NCBI GenBank assembly: GCA_000146045.2
Contig: BK006938.2
Span: 736,001 to 800,000 of the forward strand
From: TPA_inf: Saccharomyces
Lineage: Eukaryota
DNA length: 64,000 nt
Reading direction: 5' to 3'
Shown here piece by piece: positions 33,001 to 44,389 of this stretch (positions within the stretch are counted from its first letter, which is position 1; each line of letters starts with the position of its first letter). Made by a program: the position numbers and the translations under genes. The notes beneath the pieces were generated by a model. The model made no database searches and had not been told where the DNA came from. It was given only the letters and a program-made list of their open reading frames with translations.

Positions 33001-33140
33001 GGTAGTATTAGCGGTTGAGTTTGGATTGAGTTGAGATATTAAATTCAAGACAAATCTTAATATAACCTATCTAGCGAAAAAGGAGGAACAAATGATGACG
33101 ACAGTGGCAAAAGGATAGAAGGCTCAAGAGAATACGTTTA

Positions 33141-33148
33141 TATTTATA
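33141..33148 (-). promoter_or_regulatory. TATA box (TATAAATA on the minus strand) about 140 bp upstream of the CPR1 ATG.
   Basis: The plus strand reads tatttata, whose reverse complement is TATAAATA. Confidence 0.5.
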
Positions 33149-33357
33149 CAGGGAATCGAACAGACACTTGTCAGCGTAAGCCCAACCAAAGTGAGAAGGG
33201 CCACGGCCATTACCAGAGACAGAAATGAGTGGAAGCGCGTGGAAGCCCGTCTAGCAGAGGAAGAAATTCGAGACGAGGCGGGACGTGGCGGGCTGGGCGC
33301 CCCAGAAAATACCGTAGAGGACGAGGGGGGCGGTGGAAACCCCTAAGGGGCGAAAGG

Positions 33358-33384
33358 CGGGTAACATCTAACAGCGACGGGTAA
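33358..33384. promoter_or_regulatory. Two Reb1 core sites (CGGGTAA = TTACCCG) 20 bp apart inside a GC-rich island in the CPR1/RPA14 divergent promoter.
   Basis: cgggtaa occurs at 33358-33364 and 33378-33384. The surrounding stretch of about 160 bp (33230-33390) is unusually GC-rich for yeast intergenic DNA. Confidence 0.5.
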
Positions 33385-33524
33385 GCATATTGCGGGTGTA
33401 AAATTTTTCATTTCGAGCTTACTTCAAGATGATGCATATGTTTAAATCACATTGATTATAGAGGTCTCATCGGTAAGGCAGAGCAGAACTGGAGACGTCT
33501 GAGGTAAGATTTCGATAATACAAG

Positions 33525-33938
33525 ATGATGAAAGGTTCTAGAAGAACAGGTAATAACACTGCTACCACGCTAAACACGCCTGTGGTCATTCATGCCACGC
33601 AGCTGCCCCAACATGTCTCTACTGACGAGGTTCTTCAATTTCTGGAGAGCTTTATCGATGAGAAGGAGAACATTATTGATAGTACTACCATGAATACCAT
33701 CAGCGGCAACGCCGCTGACGCGGACGCTGCCGCTGTGGCTAACACCAGCCTCAACATCGACACCAACCTTTCCAGCTCCATATCGCAATTAAAGAGGATT
33801 CAGAGAGACTTCAAGGGTCTGCCACCCGCCCAAGACTTTTCCGCCGCGCCCATTCAGGTCTCCACGACGGAGAAGAAGGAGACAAGCATAGGTGTTAGTG
33901 CCACCGGCGGCAAGAAAACTACATTCGCCGATGAGTGA
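33525..33938 (+). CDS. RPA14: RPA14, the RNA polymerase I subunit A14 (137 aa).
   Basis: 137-aa ORF MMKGSRRTGNNTATTLNTPVVIHATQLPQHVSTDEVLQFLESFIDEKEN.... Recognised by recall. It lies immediately upstream of HOM2, as expected. Confidence 0.8.
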   Translation: MMKGSRRTGNNTATTLNTPVVIHATQLPQHVSTDEVLQFLESFIDEKENIIDSTTMNTISGNAADADAAAVANTSLNIDTNLSSSISQLKRIQRDFKGLPPAQDFSAAPIQVSTTEKKETSIGVSATGGKKTTFADE

Positions 33939-34172
33939 GACCTGTAGCAGCAGCCTTGCCCTTTTACACAAAATCCTACATATCCATTCACATACGCCTT
34001 CTGTATACTACAATATATGCATATCAGTTAGAATTCTGACATCTGAACGTCTTCAGTGCTTTTTTTTCTCTTTCTTTCCAGATCCAAATATCACCGGCAG
34101 CGGCCTCAAAGTACCCGGTTTTCTTTTTTTTCACACTTTTTTTTTTTCCAAATCATGTTGTCAAGCATTGAT

Positions 34173-34179
34173 TGACTCA
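34173..34179 (+). promoter_or_regulatory. Gcn4 response element TGACTCA about 180 bp upstream of HOM2. A weaker TGACTAC lies at 34188-34194.
   Basis: This is an exact GCRE heptamer. HOM2 is an amino-acid biosynthetic gene under general control. A poly(dA:dT) tract lies at 34121-34150 and a TATAAAAT at 34279-34286. Confidence 0.6.
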
Positions 34180-34356
34180 TTTTCCTCTGACTACTACCAG
34201 TTCAAAATGTTAGAGAAAAATAGAAAAGCAGAAAAAATAAATAAAAGAACCATATTTATTTGTTCATTCACTTTCGAGTATAAAATTAAATCTTGTTTTT
34301 CTTGTTTTCACTTAAGTACACATACAAATTAAATTGTAGAAATAAAGCGTTCTAAA

Positions 34357-35454
34357 ATGGCTGGAAAGAAAATTGCTGGTGTTTTGGGTGCTACTGGTTC
34401 CGTTGGTCAACGTTTCATTCTGTTGTTGGCAAATCACCCTCATTTCGAACTGAAAGTTCTTGGTGCCTCTTCTAGATCAGCTGGCAAGAAATACGTTGAC
34501 GCTGTGAACTGGAAGCAAACCGATTTGCTACCGGAATCTGCTACCGATATTATTGTTTCCGAATGTAAATCTGAATTCTTTAAAGAGTGTGACATCGTCT
34601 TTTCCGGATTGGATGCTGACTATGCTGGCGCTATCGAAAAGGAATTCATGGAAGCTGGTATCGCCATTGTTTCCAATGCCAAGAATTATAGAAGAGAACA
34701 AGATGTGCCATTGATTGTTCCTGTTGTCAATCCTGAGCATTTGGATATTGTAGCTCAAAAGCTTGACACCGCCAAGGCTCAAGGTAAGCCAAGACCAGGG
34801 TTCATTATCTGTATTTCCAATTGTTCCACTGCAGGTTTGGTTGCACCATTGAAGCCTTTGATTGAAAAATTCGGTCCTATTGATGCTTTGACCACTACTA
34901 CTTTGCAAGCAATCTCAGGTGCTGGTTTCTCCCCAGGTGTACCAGGTATTGATATTCTAGACAATATTATTCCATACATTGGTGGTGAAGAAGACAAGAT
35001 GGAATGGGAGACCAAGAAAATCTTGGCTCCATTAGCAGAAGACAAGACACACGTCAAACTATTGACTCCAGAAGAAATCAAAGTCTCTGCTCAATGTAAC
35101 AGAGTCGCTGTTTCCGATGGGCACACCGAATGTATCTCTTTGAGGTTCAAGAACAGACCTGCTCCATCCGTCGAGCAAGTCAAGACATGCCTAAAAGAAT
35201 ACGTCTGCGATGCCTACAAATTAGGCTGTCATTCTGCTCCAAAGCAAACTATTCATGTTTTGGAACAACCAGACAGACCTCAACCAAGGTTGGACAGGAA
35301 CAGAGACAGCGGTTACGGTGTTTCCGTTGGTAGAATCAGAGAAGACCCATTGTTAGATTTCAAAATGGTTGTCCTTTCCCACAACACCATTATTGGTGCC
35401 GCTGGTTCTGGTGTCTTGATTGCCGAAATCTTACTAGCAAGAAACTTGATTTAA
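34357..35454 (+). CDS. HOM2: HOM2, aspartate-semialdehyde dehydrogenase (365 aa).
   Basis: It has a Rossmann GATGSVGQ motif and the active-site Cys in ICISNCSTAGL. Codon bias is strong. The length matches. Confidence 0.92.
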   Translation: MAGKKIAGVLGATGSVGQRFILLLANHPHFELKVLGASSRSAGKKYVDAVNWKQTDLLPESATDIIVSECKSEFFKECDIVFSGLDADYAGAIEKEFMEAGIAIVSNAKNYRREQDVPLIVPVVNPEHLDIVAQKLDTAKAQGKPRPGFIICISNCSTAGLVAPLKPLIEKFGPIDALTTTTLQAISGAGFSPGVPGIDILDNIIPYIGGEEDKMEWETKKILAPLAEDKTHVKLLTPEEIKVSAQCNRVAVSDGHTECISLRFKNRPAPSVEQVKTCLKEYVCDAYKLGCHSAPKQTIHVLEQPDRPQPRLDRNRDSGYGVSVGRIREDPLLDFKMVVLSHNTIIGAAGSGVLIAEILLARNLI

Positions 35455-35876
35455 GGAAAAATTGCAAAGTTATGTCTTCATCTTACTTTTTTTTCGAACG
35501 AACAAAAAATACAAAACAAGTAAATAAGTATATGTGTATGAATATACGTATAATAATTTGAAACGTAGATCTTTATTATTAGTTTCTTGAGTTTCGAGAA
35601 TTCGTGATTCAATGTTCATTATTTTTTCTTTTCTTTTCTTTTCAATAGTATAATACCAAGCCTTTATTATTTTTCTTCCACTTCAAGAAAAGGTAATTCT
35701 CTCGCTGACCCAAGAAAAAAGCTAAACAGAGAGCGTAGTGATGCATACAAACAACTCATTTACATGGGAAAAAAAAGGAGAGAGGAAAGCAGCAGACATA
35801 TCTCAAAGCTGGGATACACTCACAATAGCACTGTTGGTACTCATTTCAGGTAATACTCTTGGAAGGTATCCCTTAA

Positions 35877-38800
35877 ATGAACACATCATTTGGCTCAGTA
35901 GTGCCTTCCACTAATTTCAATTTTTTCAAAGGGCATGGAAATAATGATAACACTAGTGCCAATAGTACTGTTAACAACAGCAATTTCTTTTTAAATAGCA
36001 ATGAAACGAAACCTTCGAAAAATGTCTTCATGGTGCACTCTACCTCTCAAAAGAAGTCGCAGCAACCGTTACAAAATCTCTCACACTCACCTTCCTACAC
36101 GGAAAATAAACCAGATAAAAAGAAAAAATATATGATAAACGATGCCAAGACCATTCAACTTGTAGGTCCACTGATTTCCTCTCCTGATAATTTGGGATTT
36201 CAGAAGAGATCGCACAAAGCAAGAGAATTACCAAGGTTTTTGATTAATCAAGAACCTCAATTGGAGAAAAGAGCTTTTGTACAAGATCCCTGGGACAAGG
36301 CTAATCAAGAAAAAATGATCTCATTGGAAGAATCCATAGATGATCTCAATGAATTGTATGAAACACTAAAAAAAATGAGAAATACTGAGCGATCGATAAT
36401 GGAAGAAAAAGGGCTAGTGGATAAAGCTGACTCAGCAAAGGATCTTTACGATGCTATAGTATTTCAAGGTACCTGTTTAGATATGTGTCCCACATTCGAG
36501 AGATCAAGAAGAAACGTTGAATATACTGTGTATTCATATGAAAAAAATCAACCAAATGATAAAAAAGCTTCTCGAACTAAAGCATTGAAGGTCTTCGCGA
36601 GGCCAGCAGCAGCAGCAGCTCCTCCTTTACCTTCTGATGTTAGGCCACCCCATATTTTAGTCAAGACATTGGACTATATTGTAGATAACTTATTAACAAC
36701 ATTGCCTGAAAGCGAAGGATTCTTATGGGATAGGATGAGATCCATAAGGCAGGACTTTACATATCAGAACTATTCAGGACCTGAGGCGGTAGATTGTAAT
36801 GAGCGTATTGTTAGGATACATCTTCTGATCTTGCATATCATGGTGAAATCAAATGTGGAATTTTCGCTTCAACAAGAACTAGAACAATTGCATAAATCCC
36901 TTATCACGTTATCAGAAATATACGATGACGTTCGTTCCAGCGGCGGAACATGCCCAAATGAGGCTGAATTTCGAGCTTATGCTCTCCTGAGTAAAATAAG
37001 AGACCCTCAATACGATGAGAATATCCAAAGATTACCAAAACATATTTTCCAAGATAAATTAGTTCAAATGGCTTTATGTTTCAGAAGGGTTATATCTAAC
37101 TCAGCTTATACTGAACGCGGGTTTGTTAAAACTGAGAATTGTTTAAACTTCTACGCAAGGTTTTTCCAGTTAATGCAATCACCCAGCTTGCCATTATTAA
37201 TGGGATTTTTTTTGCAAATGCATCTGACGGATATTAGATTTTATGCGCTAAGAGCTTTATCACATACTTTAAACAAAAAGCATAAACCAATACCATTTAT
37301 TTATTTGGAAAATATGTTACTCTTTAATAATCGGCAAGAAATAATTGAATTTTGTAATTATTACTCAATTGAAATCATAAATGGGGATGCAGCCGATTTG
37401 AAAACATTGCAACATTATTCTCACAAATTGTCAGAAACACAACCTTTAAAAAAAACATACCTTACCTGCTTAGAAAGGAGATTACAGAAAACTACTTACA
37501 AGGGTTTAATTAATGGCGGTGAAGATAATTTGGCTTCTTCGGTTTATGTGAAGGACCCAAAAAAGGATAGAATACCTTCTATCGCAGACCAATCTTTTTT
37601 AATGGAAAATTTTCAAAACAACTATAACGAAAAGTTGAACCAAAACTCATCCGTTAAACCACAGATCAATACCTCTCCAAAAAGAGTTGCAACGCGGCCC
37701 AACCACTTTCCTTTTTCACAGGAATCTAAGCAATTACCTCAAATATCTCAATCTCATACTTTATCAACAAATCCTTTATTAACGCCACAGGTTCATGGAG
37801 ACCTATCGGAACAGAAACAACAACAAATTAAAACCGTCACAGACGGAGGCTCCCCATTTGTTTTTGATCAATCAGCACAGAATTCTACGGTGGAAGCTTC
37901 CAAGGCTCATATGATATCCACGACCAGCAATGGTGCATATGATGAGAAGTTGAGTTCAGAGCAAGAAGAAATGAGGAAAAAAGAAGAACAACGAATAGAA
38001 GAAGAGAAAACTCAATTGAAAAAGAAGCAAGAAAATGCGGACAAACAAGTAATCACTGAACAAATTGCAAATGACTTAGTAAAAGAAGTGGTAAACAGTA
38101 GCGTGATTAGTATTGTTAAGCGTGAATTTTCAGAGGCTAATTATAGGAAGGACTTCATTGACACAATGACCCGTGAACTTTATGACGCATTTCTTCATGA
38201 AAGGTTGTATCTGATATATATGGATTCTCGTGCTGAATTGAAAAGGAATTCCACTCTAAAAAAAAAGTTCTTTGAGAAATGGCAAGCATCTTATTCTCAA
38301 GCAAAGAAGAACCGTATATTAGAAGAAAAAAAAAGGGAAGAAATTAAACTCGTAAGCCACCAATTAGGAGTACCAGGTTTTAAAAAATCTACATGTTTGT
38401 TTAGAACCCCGTATAAGGGTAACGTAAATTCATCATTTATGCTATCATCTTCAGATAAGAATCTAATATTTTCACCTGTAAATGACGAGTTTAATAAGTT
38501 TGCGACTCATTTAACCAAGATTTCAAAACTTTGGCGGCCGTTAGAGATGCAATCAATCTATTATGATAACCTTACGAAAAAGTTCCCCTCCAATTCTCTT
38601 ACTCCGGCAAATTTATTCATTTATGCGAAAGATTGGACATCACTCTCAAACCGTTGGATCTTAAGTAAGTTCAATCTGCAAACAGCACAGGATTCAAAAA
38701 AGTTCAGCAATAATATTATCTCTAGCAGAATAATTTGTATTGATGATGAATATGAACCATCTGATTTTAGTGATTTGCAATTATTGATATTTAATACAGG

Positions 38801-39782
38801 TGTTACGAATCCAGATATATTCGATTTGGAGATGAAACTGAAAGATGATGGTGAAGAACTGATAAAGCTAATCACTGGTATTTCTCTAAATACAAATATA
38901 TGCTTTTCCCTTTTGATTATTTATTGGGAATCCGCAGAAAATACTTTATCGGAAAGTACCATTAAACACTTACTAAAATTAAACCGAATATCTAAAAACT
39001 ATAGTAGTGTTATTGAACGCATTGACTTAATGAATCTCACCGAAGAATCCCCTCATAAGTGTTTAGAGGACAAATTATCTGAAATATCACATTCTTATGT
39101 GTACAAGTTGACAGAAAGGGGAAAATATGATAAAACACTTCGTCAGAAAAGGTCATTGGCCGGCATTCACTCACGTAGCACTCAACTACAAACTACAAAG
39201 GACATTGATCAAAAGATGAAGAAAATGCTGGAAAAAGAGAAAAACAAGTACCAACAACAAATAGGCGAAAGGAACACCTATGCGCATCTAGAATCGCATA
39301 TAGATGCATCACCAAGAAGCAAGAAAAGGAAATTGCCAATACTCCTGTCAACTTCTCATTCGAGCCAATTTAAAACTCCTCTAGCTTCTAGATTAAACAC
39401 CTCTGGTTCGTCTACTTCACCACCTTTACCATCTCATTTGGCGATGAAATTCAGGAAAAACTCGAGAGTTACTAGTTTACATACCGTATTACCCGTTAGC
39501 ACACCAAGCCATAGTAATAACATACCAGCTGCAAGTTTTAGCGGGAATAACACCACCGATATACAGTCCCAACAATTAATCGAAAACCAGAAGAGTACAT
39601 CTGTATATTTGAATAACGTTTCTGAAAGGATTCTGGGAAATCAAGAAATATGTCAAACACCAATTAATCCTGTTACTCCTGTGCTAGATGGGGCCGATCA
39701 AGGTAAGGAGGACATTCCTGATAGTATATTAGAGCTGAAGATCTTGATCGATTCTGTCAAGAAGAAAGTAAATAATGATTAA
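35877..39782 (+). CDS. SAC3: SAC3, the TREX-2 mRNA export scaffold (1301 aa).
   Basis: 1301-aa ORF with a SAC3/GANP-type region (...[27 protein letters not shown]...[37 protein letters not shown]...). Confidence 0.88.
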
Positions 39783-40162
39783 AGCATTTGTAATATATAA
39801 ACAAAAGAAATGTGCATTTTTTCTATAGCTTTAGGAAAAGTATTTGATAATCACCCATTTCTTATTACTGTCGGCGTGCCATCCTTTTCTCTAAAGCTCG
39901 GCGGAAGAAAAATTCAATAATTGTGCAAAAAGTGAAGCCAGGGTTGCAAATACAGAGTTATATCAAAAGACCTACAGAGTATACATACACGTTCTCAGGG
40001 AAAAGTCTTCTGATATATTAACTTTACACATGCATTGCCTATCATAATCATATACTGTTGAAGACTAATAGAAGCATCTCTAGGGGAAAAAAGGAAACAG
40101 GCGTGTGATAAGAGGCCAAAAAGTTATAAACTGCTTAAAAATAGGGAAGTTCCTTGAGGAAT

Positions 40163-42721
40163 ATGAGTTCTGTCAACCAAATATATGACCTATTTCCCAA
40201 TAAGCATAATATCCAATTTACAGATTCTCATTCACAGGAGCATGATACTTCGTCCAGCCTTGCTAAGAATGATACAGACGGAACTATAAGTATACCAGGT
40301 AGTATAGACACTGGCATTTTAAAGAGCATTATTGAGGAGCAAGGTTGGAATGACGCTGAGTTATATAGAAGTTCAATACAAAATCAAAGATTTTTTTTAA
40401 CGGATAAATACACTAAAAAGAAGCATTTGACTATGGAGGACATGCTTAGCCCAGAAGAAGAACAAATATATCAGGAACCTATTCAAGATTTCCAAACATA
40501 TAACAAACGTGTTCAAAGGGAATATGAGCTCAGGGAAAGGATGGAAGAATTCTTCCGTCAAAACACCAAAAATGATTTACATATTTTAAACGAGGATTCA
40601 TTAAATCAGCAATATTCCCCGTTAGGACCTGCAGATTATGTTCTGCCCCTCGATAGATACTCCAGAATGAAACACATTGCCTCAAACTTTTTCAGAAAAA
40701 AACTTGGTATTCCTAGAAAACTGAAAAGAAGAAGCCATTATAATCCCAACGCAGAGGGCCACACCAAAGGGAATTCTTCTATATTGAGTTCCACTACTGA
40801 TGTAATTGATAACGCCAGCTACAGGAATATTGCAATAGATGAAAATGTTGACATAACACATAAAGAACACGCCATTGACGAAATAAACGAGCAGGGTGCA
40901 TCAGGTAGTGAATCTGTTGTGGAAGGTGGATCGTTATTGCATGACATTGAAAAGGTTTTCAATAGGTCCAGGGCAACTAGGAAATACCATATCCAACGGA
41001 AATTAAAAGTGCGCCATATTCAAATGCTTTCTATCGGGGCTTGCTTTAGTGTCGGATTATTTTTAACCTCAGGGAAAGCCTTTTCTATTGCCGGGCCATT
41101 TGGTACACTACTTGGGTTTGGACTCACAGGTAGCATCATTTTAGCCACAATGCTGTCATTTACAGAGTTATCCACCCTTATTCCTGTGTCTTCTGGGTTC
41201 TCAGGACTGGCTTCTAGATTTGTAGAGGATGCTTTCGGATTTGCATTGGGCTGGACGTATTGGATTTCCTGTATGCTTGCTCTTCCTGCCCAAGTTTCCT
41301 CAAGTACATTCTATCTCAGCTATTATAATAATGTCAATATATCAAAGGGAGTAACAGCAGGGTTTATCACGCTGTTTTCTGCATTTAGCATTGTAGTAAA
41401 TTTACTGGATGTCAGCATAATGGGTGAAATTGTATATGTTGCTGGAATAAGCAAAGTGATAATTGCAATTTTGATGGTTTTCACGATGATCATCCTAAAT
41501 GCCGGACATGGAAATGACATTCACGAAGGAGTCGGTTTTAGATATTGGGATAGCTCTAAATCTGTCCGAAATTTGACCTACGGGCTATATCGTCCAACAT
41601 TTGACCTGGCTGATGCTGGCGAAGGAAGCAAAAAAGGAATTTCAGGCCCAAAAGGCCGATTTTTAGCTACGGCATCAGTAATGCTAATTTCAACATTTGC
41701 GTTTAGCGGTGTTGAGATGACTTTTTTAGCTAGTGGGGAAGCTATAAATCCAAGGAAAACAATTCCTTCTGCTACAAAAAGGACATTTTCCATTGTACTG
41801 ATATCTTACGTTTTTTTGATTTTTTCGGTAGGCATCAACATATACAGTGGCGATCCAAGACTACTATCATATTTTCCTGGTATTTCCGAAAAGAGGTATG
41901 AAGCCATTATAAAAGGCACAGGAATGGACTGGAGACTTAGGACTAATTGTCGCGGCGGTATTGATTATAGGCAGATTTCAGTAGGAACAGGTTATTCTAG
42001 TCCTTGGGTTGTTGCATTGCAGAACTTTGGGCTATGTACTTTCGCATCTGCTTTTAACGCAATACTGATATTTTTCACTGCTACAGCAGGGATATCCTCG
42101 TTATTTAGTTGTTCAAGAACACTATACGCCATGTCTGTACAACGGAAGGCACCGCCAGTTTTCGAAATTTGCAGCAAGAGAGGTGTTCCTTATGTTTCAG
42201 TGATATTCTCCTCTTTATTTTCAGTCATTGCTTATATTGCAGTTGACCAAACCGCGATTGAAAACTTCGACGTCTTGGCCAATGTTTCTAGTGCTAGTAC
42301 GTCTATTATATGGATGGGATTGAATCTTTCCTTTTTGCGATTCTATTACGCCCTAAAACAAAGGAAGGATATTATATCAAGAAATGATTCATCATACCCA
42401 TATAAATCGCCATTCCAACCATATCTAGCGATTTATGGTCTAGTTGGATGTTCATTATTTGTTATATTTATGGGATATCCTAACTTTATACATCATTTCT
42501 GGAGTACTAAAGCTTTTTTTTCAGCATATGGTGGCCTGATGTTTTTCTTTATCAGTTACACAGCTTATAAGGTTCTCGGAACGTCAAAGATTCAAAGACT
42601 AGATCAGTTAGATATGGACAGTGGGAGGAGGGAAATGGACAGAACTGACTGGACCGAACATAGCCAATATTTGGGAACATATAGGGAAAGAGCGAAGAAG
42701 TTGGTTACCTGGCTGATTTAG
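40163..42721 (+). CDS. SSY1: SSY1, the amino-acid-permease-like plasma-membrane sensor of the SPS system (852 aa).
   Basis: The first ATG gives MSSVNQIYDLFPNKHNIQF.... A long hydrophilic N-terminal extension is followed by a 12-TM amino-acid-permease fold. The track ORF starts 3 codons earlier at a TTG. Confidence 0.88.
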   Translation: MSSVNQIYDLFPNKHNIQFTDSHSQEHDTSSSLAKNDTDGTISIPGSIDTGILKSIIEEQGWNDAELYRSSIQNQRFFLTDKYTKKKHLTMEDMLSPEEEQIYQEPIQDFQTYNKRVQREYELRERMEEFFRQNTKNDLHILNEDSLNQQYSPLGPADYVLPLDRYSRMKHIASNFFRKKLGIPRKLKRRSHYNPNAEGHTKGNSSILSSTTDVIDNASYRNIAIDENVDITHKEHAIDEINEQGASGSESVVEGGSLLHDIEKVFNRSRATRKYHIQRKLKVRHIQMLSIGACFSVGLFLTSGKAFSIAGPFGTLLGFGLTGSIILATMLSFTELSTLIPVSSGFSGLASRFVEDAFGFALGWTYWISCMLALPAQVSSSTFYLSYYNNVNISKGVTAGFITLFSAFSIVVNLLDVSIMGEIVYVAGISKVIIAILMVFTMIILNAGHGNDIHEGVGFRYWDSSKSVRNLTYGLYRPTFDLADAGEGSKKGISGPKGRFLATASVMLISTFAFSGVEMTFLASGEAINPRKTIPSATKRTFSIVLISYVFLIFSVGINIYSGDPRLLSYFPGISEKRYEAIIKGTGMDWRLRTNCRGGIDYRQISVGTGYSSPWVVALQNFGLCTFASAFNAILIFFTATAGISSLFSCSRTLYAMSVQRKAPPVFEICSKRGVPYVSVIFSSLFSVIAYIAVDQTAIENFDVLANVSSASTSIIWMGLNLSFLRFYYALKQRKDIISRNDSSYPYKSPFQPYLAIYGLVGCSLFVIFMGYPNFIHHFWSTKAFFSAYGGLMFFFISYTAYKVLGTSKIQRLDQLDMDSGRREMDRTDWTEHSQYLGTYRERAKKLVTWLI

Positions 42722-42755
42722 GGTTATATGTACTATTATTAGTATTATTATTGTT

Positions 42756-42831
<76 letters not shown>

Positions 42832-42840
42832 TATTATTAA
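42722..42840. repeat. ATT/TAT trinucleotide microsatellite of about 120 bp (pure run about 42758-42828, roughly 23 units) starting immediately after the SSY1 stop codon.
   Basis: Seen directly. It is read in antisense as the spurious poly-Ile ORF 42608..42868. Confidence 0.95.
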
Positions 42841-43042
42841 TACTAAATATTGACACTGCTTTACGCACTAGATTGTGCGGGTAACTGAATATTTTTTGAA
42901 AATGAAGAAAAAAAAATTTCGATGAGATGACCTTAGTAGGTTAATAGTTATTAGTTGCCTACTTATAGTGAAATTCATAGTTCTAAGAAAATTTAGAACT
43001 TATACCTAAAAGCATCTTCAGGCTGAGGATTAAAAAAGGAAT

Positions 43043-44206
43043 ATGAGTGAACTTGAAGCCACAATTAGGCAAGCCAAAGAAGCCCTGGCTGAAAATAATG
43101 CCAAAAAGGCGCTCAAAATATTGAAGCCGTTCAAAAGTTCACTGAAAAAAGAAAACGCAAACAATGTAATACTGAATGAAGTGTTTGCCGATGCATACCT
43201 GGATAATGGACAGGTAGAGAAAGCCTACCCAATTTTAGCGCGTGCTTGCGAATTAGATCCTGAGGGACAAGTTGGCGGACCGGACAAATTTTTTACCATG
43301 GGTCAAATCATGGGTGGACAGGATGGTGTATCGATAATAACTCGCGGAATAATGAACATCTCTAATACTGGAGGTGAAATGTTAACCAACGTTCAGGTTG
43401 AAAAGATTGTAGGTGGACTGCTTTCTGTGATTGAAATTTGGATGACGGATTTATGTATGGAGCCAAATGCAGAAGAGCAGTGTGAGGAGTTAATACAAAA
43501 GGCGATGGAACTCACAGAGGGAAAATCTCCTGAAACATGGTCTACCCTGGGTTCTATCAAAATCTCGCAACAAAAATTTGGAGAAGCTTATGAAGCATTC
43601 TCACAAGCCTGGAATTTCTTTGAGTTGAAAAAACAAGAAATTGGTAGCGGTATAAATGAAAATGGTGACACAACTCAGAAAGCTGGTTTACAGTCAGAGT
43701 ATGTAGATCTTTTACAACCTCTTTTATCTTTAACAAAGATGTGCCTCGAAGTGGGAGCTTACGAAGTCGCATTGAAAGTTATTGCCGCAGTAAGAGATAT
43801 AGATGAGGATAACATAGAGGGTTATTATCTAGAGGGTTTTACTTATTATTTAATGAGTAAATTAGAAATTTTCAAGTTGAACAATCCCGAAGTAAGCCTG
43901 CGTCCGGAAAATATATACGAGTTTAACCAACTCATTCAAGAAGTTCCTTTGGATTTATCCCACGAACCAATCTCCCAGTTAATCTATGACTCAAGATTAG
44001 CGCTAAGTTTTGCATTGCAAGCAGGTGTCAATGCTGACAGCAAAGATGAAATTGTGCAAGAATTATTGGGCGGTGCTAATGCTTTACTCCAAGAAATTGG
44101 TGGTCCTCTAGATCCAAGTGAGTTAACACAAATCAAGAAGGGTGATTTAGTGAATGAGAATGAAGACTTGGAAGAGTTGGACATAGAGGAAGAATATTCT
44201 GACTAA
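43043..44206 (+). CDS. ACL4: ACL4, the dedicated assembly chaperone of ribosomal protein uL4, TPR-like (387 aa).
   Basis: 387-aa ORF. Recognised by length and position between SSY1 and NBP2. It has an acidic C-terminus ([14 protein letters not shown]). Confidence 0.75.
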
Positions 44207-44389
44207 TAGTCTTCTAATTTAACATATGCATAAGTACATACACTGATATATATGTATATATCCGTAAGAAACGGAAATTATGACATAGAACAGATGGAAG
44301 AAGATTCGGCCAGGCATACCGCCAGGGTGGTGACCTCTTTATCTGTTTTTAGTGAGTATTTTACTGTCATAACCAATTGGAATTTGTAT

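Noticed and set aside
33892-34332. 146-aa plus-strand ORF spanning the RPA14 3' end and the HOM2 promoter, of the dubious YDR157W type.
   Set aside because: It overlaps the HOM2 GCRE, poly(dA:dT) and TATA region. It is Cys/Phe/Ser-rich with no domain and is most likely non-coding promoter DNA.
42608-42868. Minus-strand ORF encoding a long poly-isoleucine protein.
   Set aside because: It is an artefact of translating the (ATT)n microsatellite. It overlaps the SSY1 3' end.
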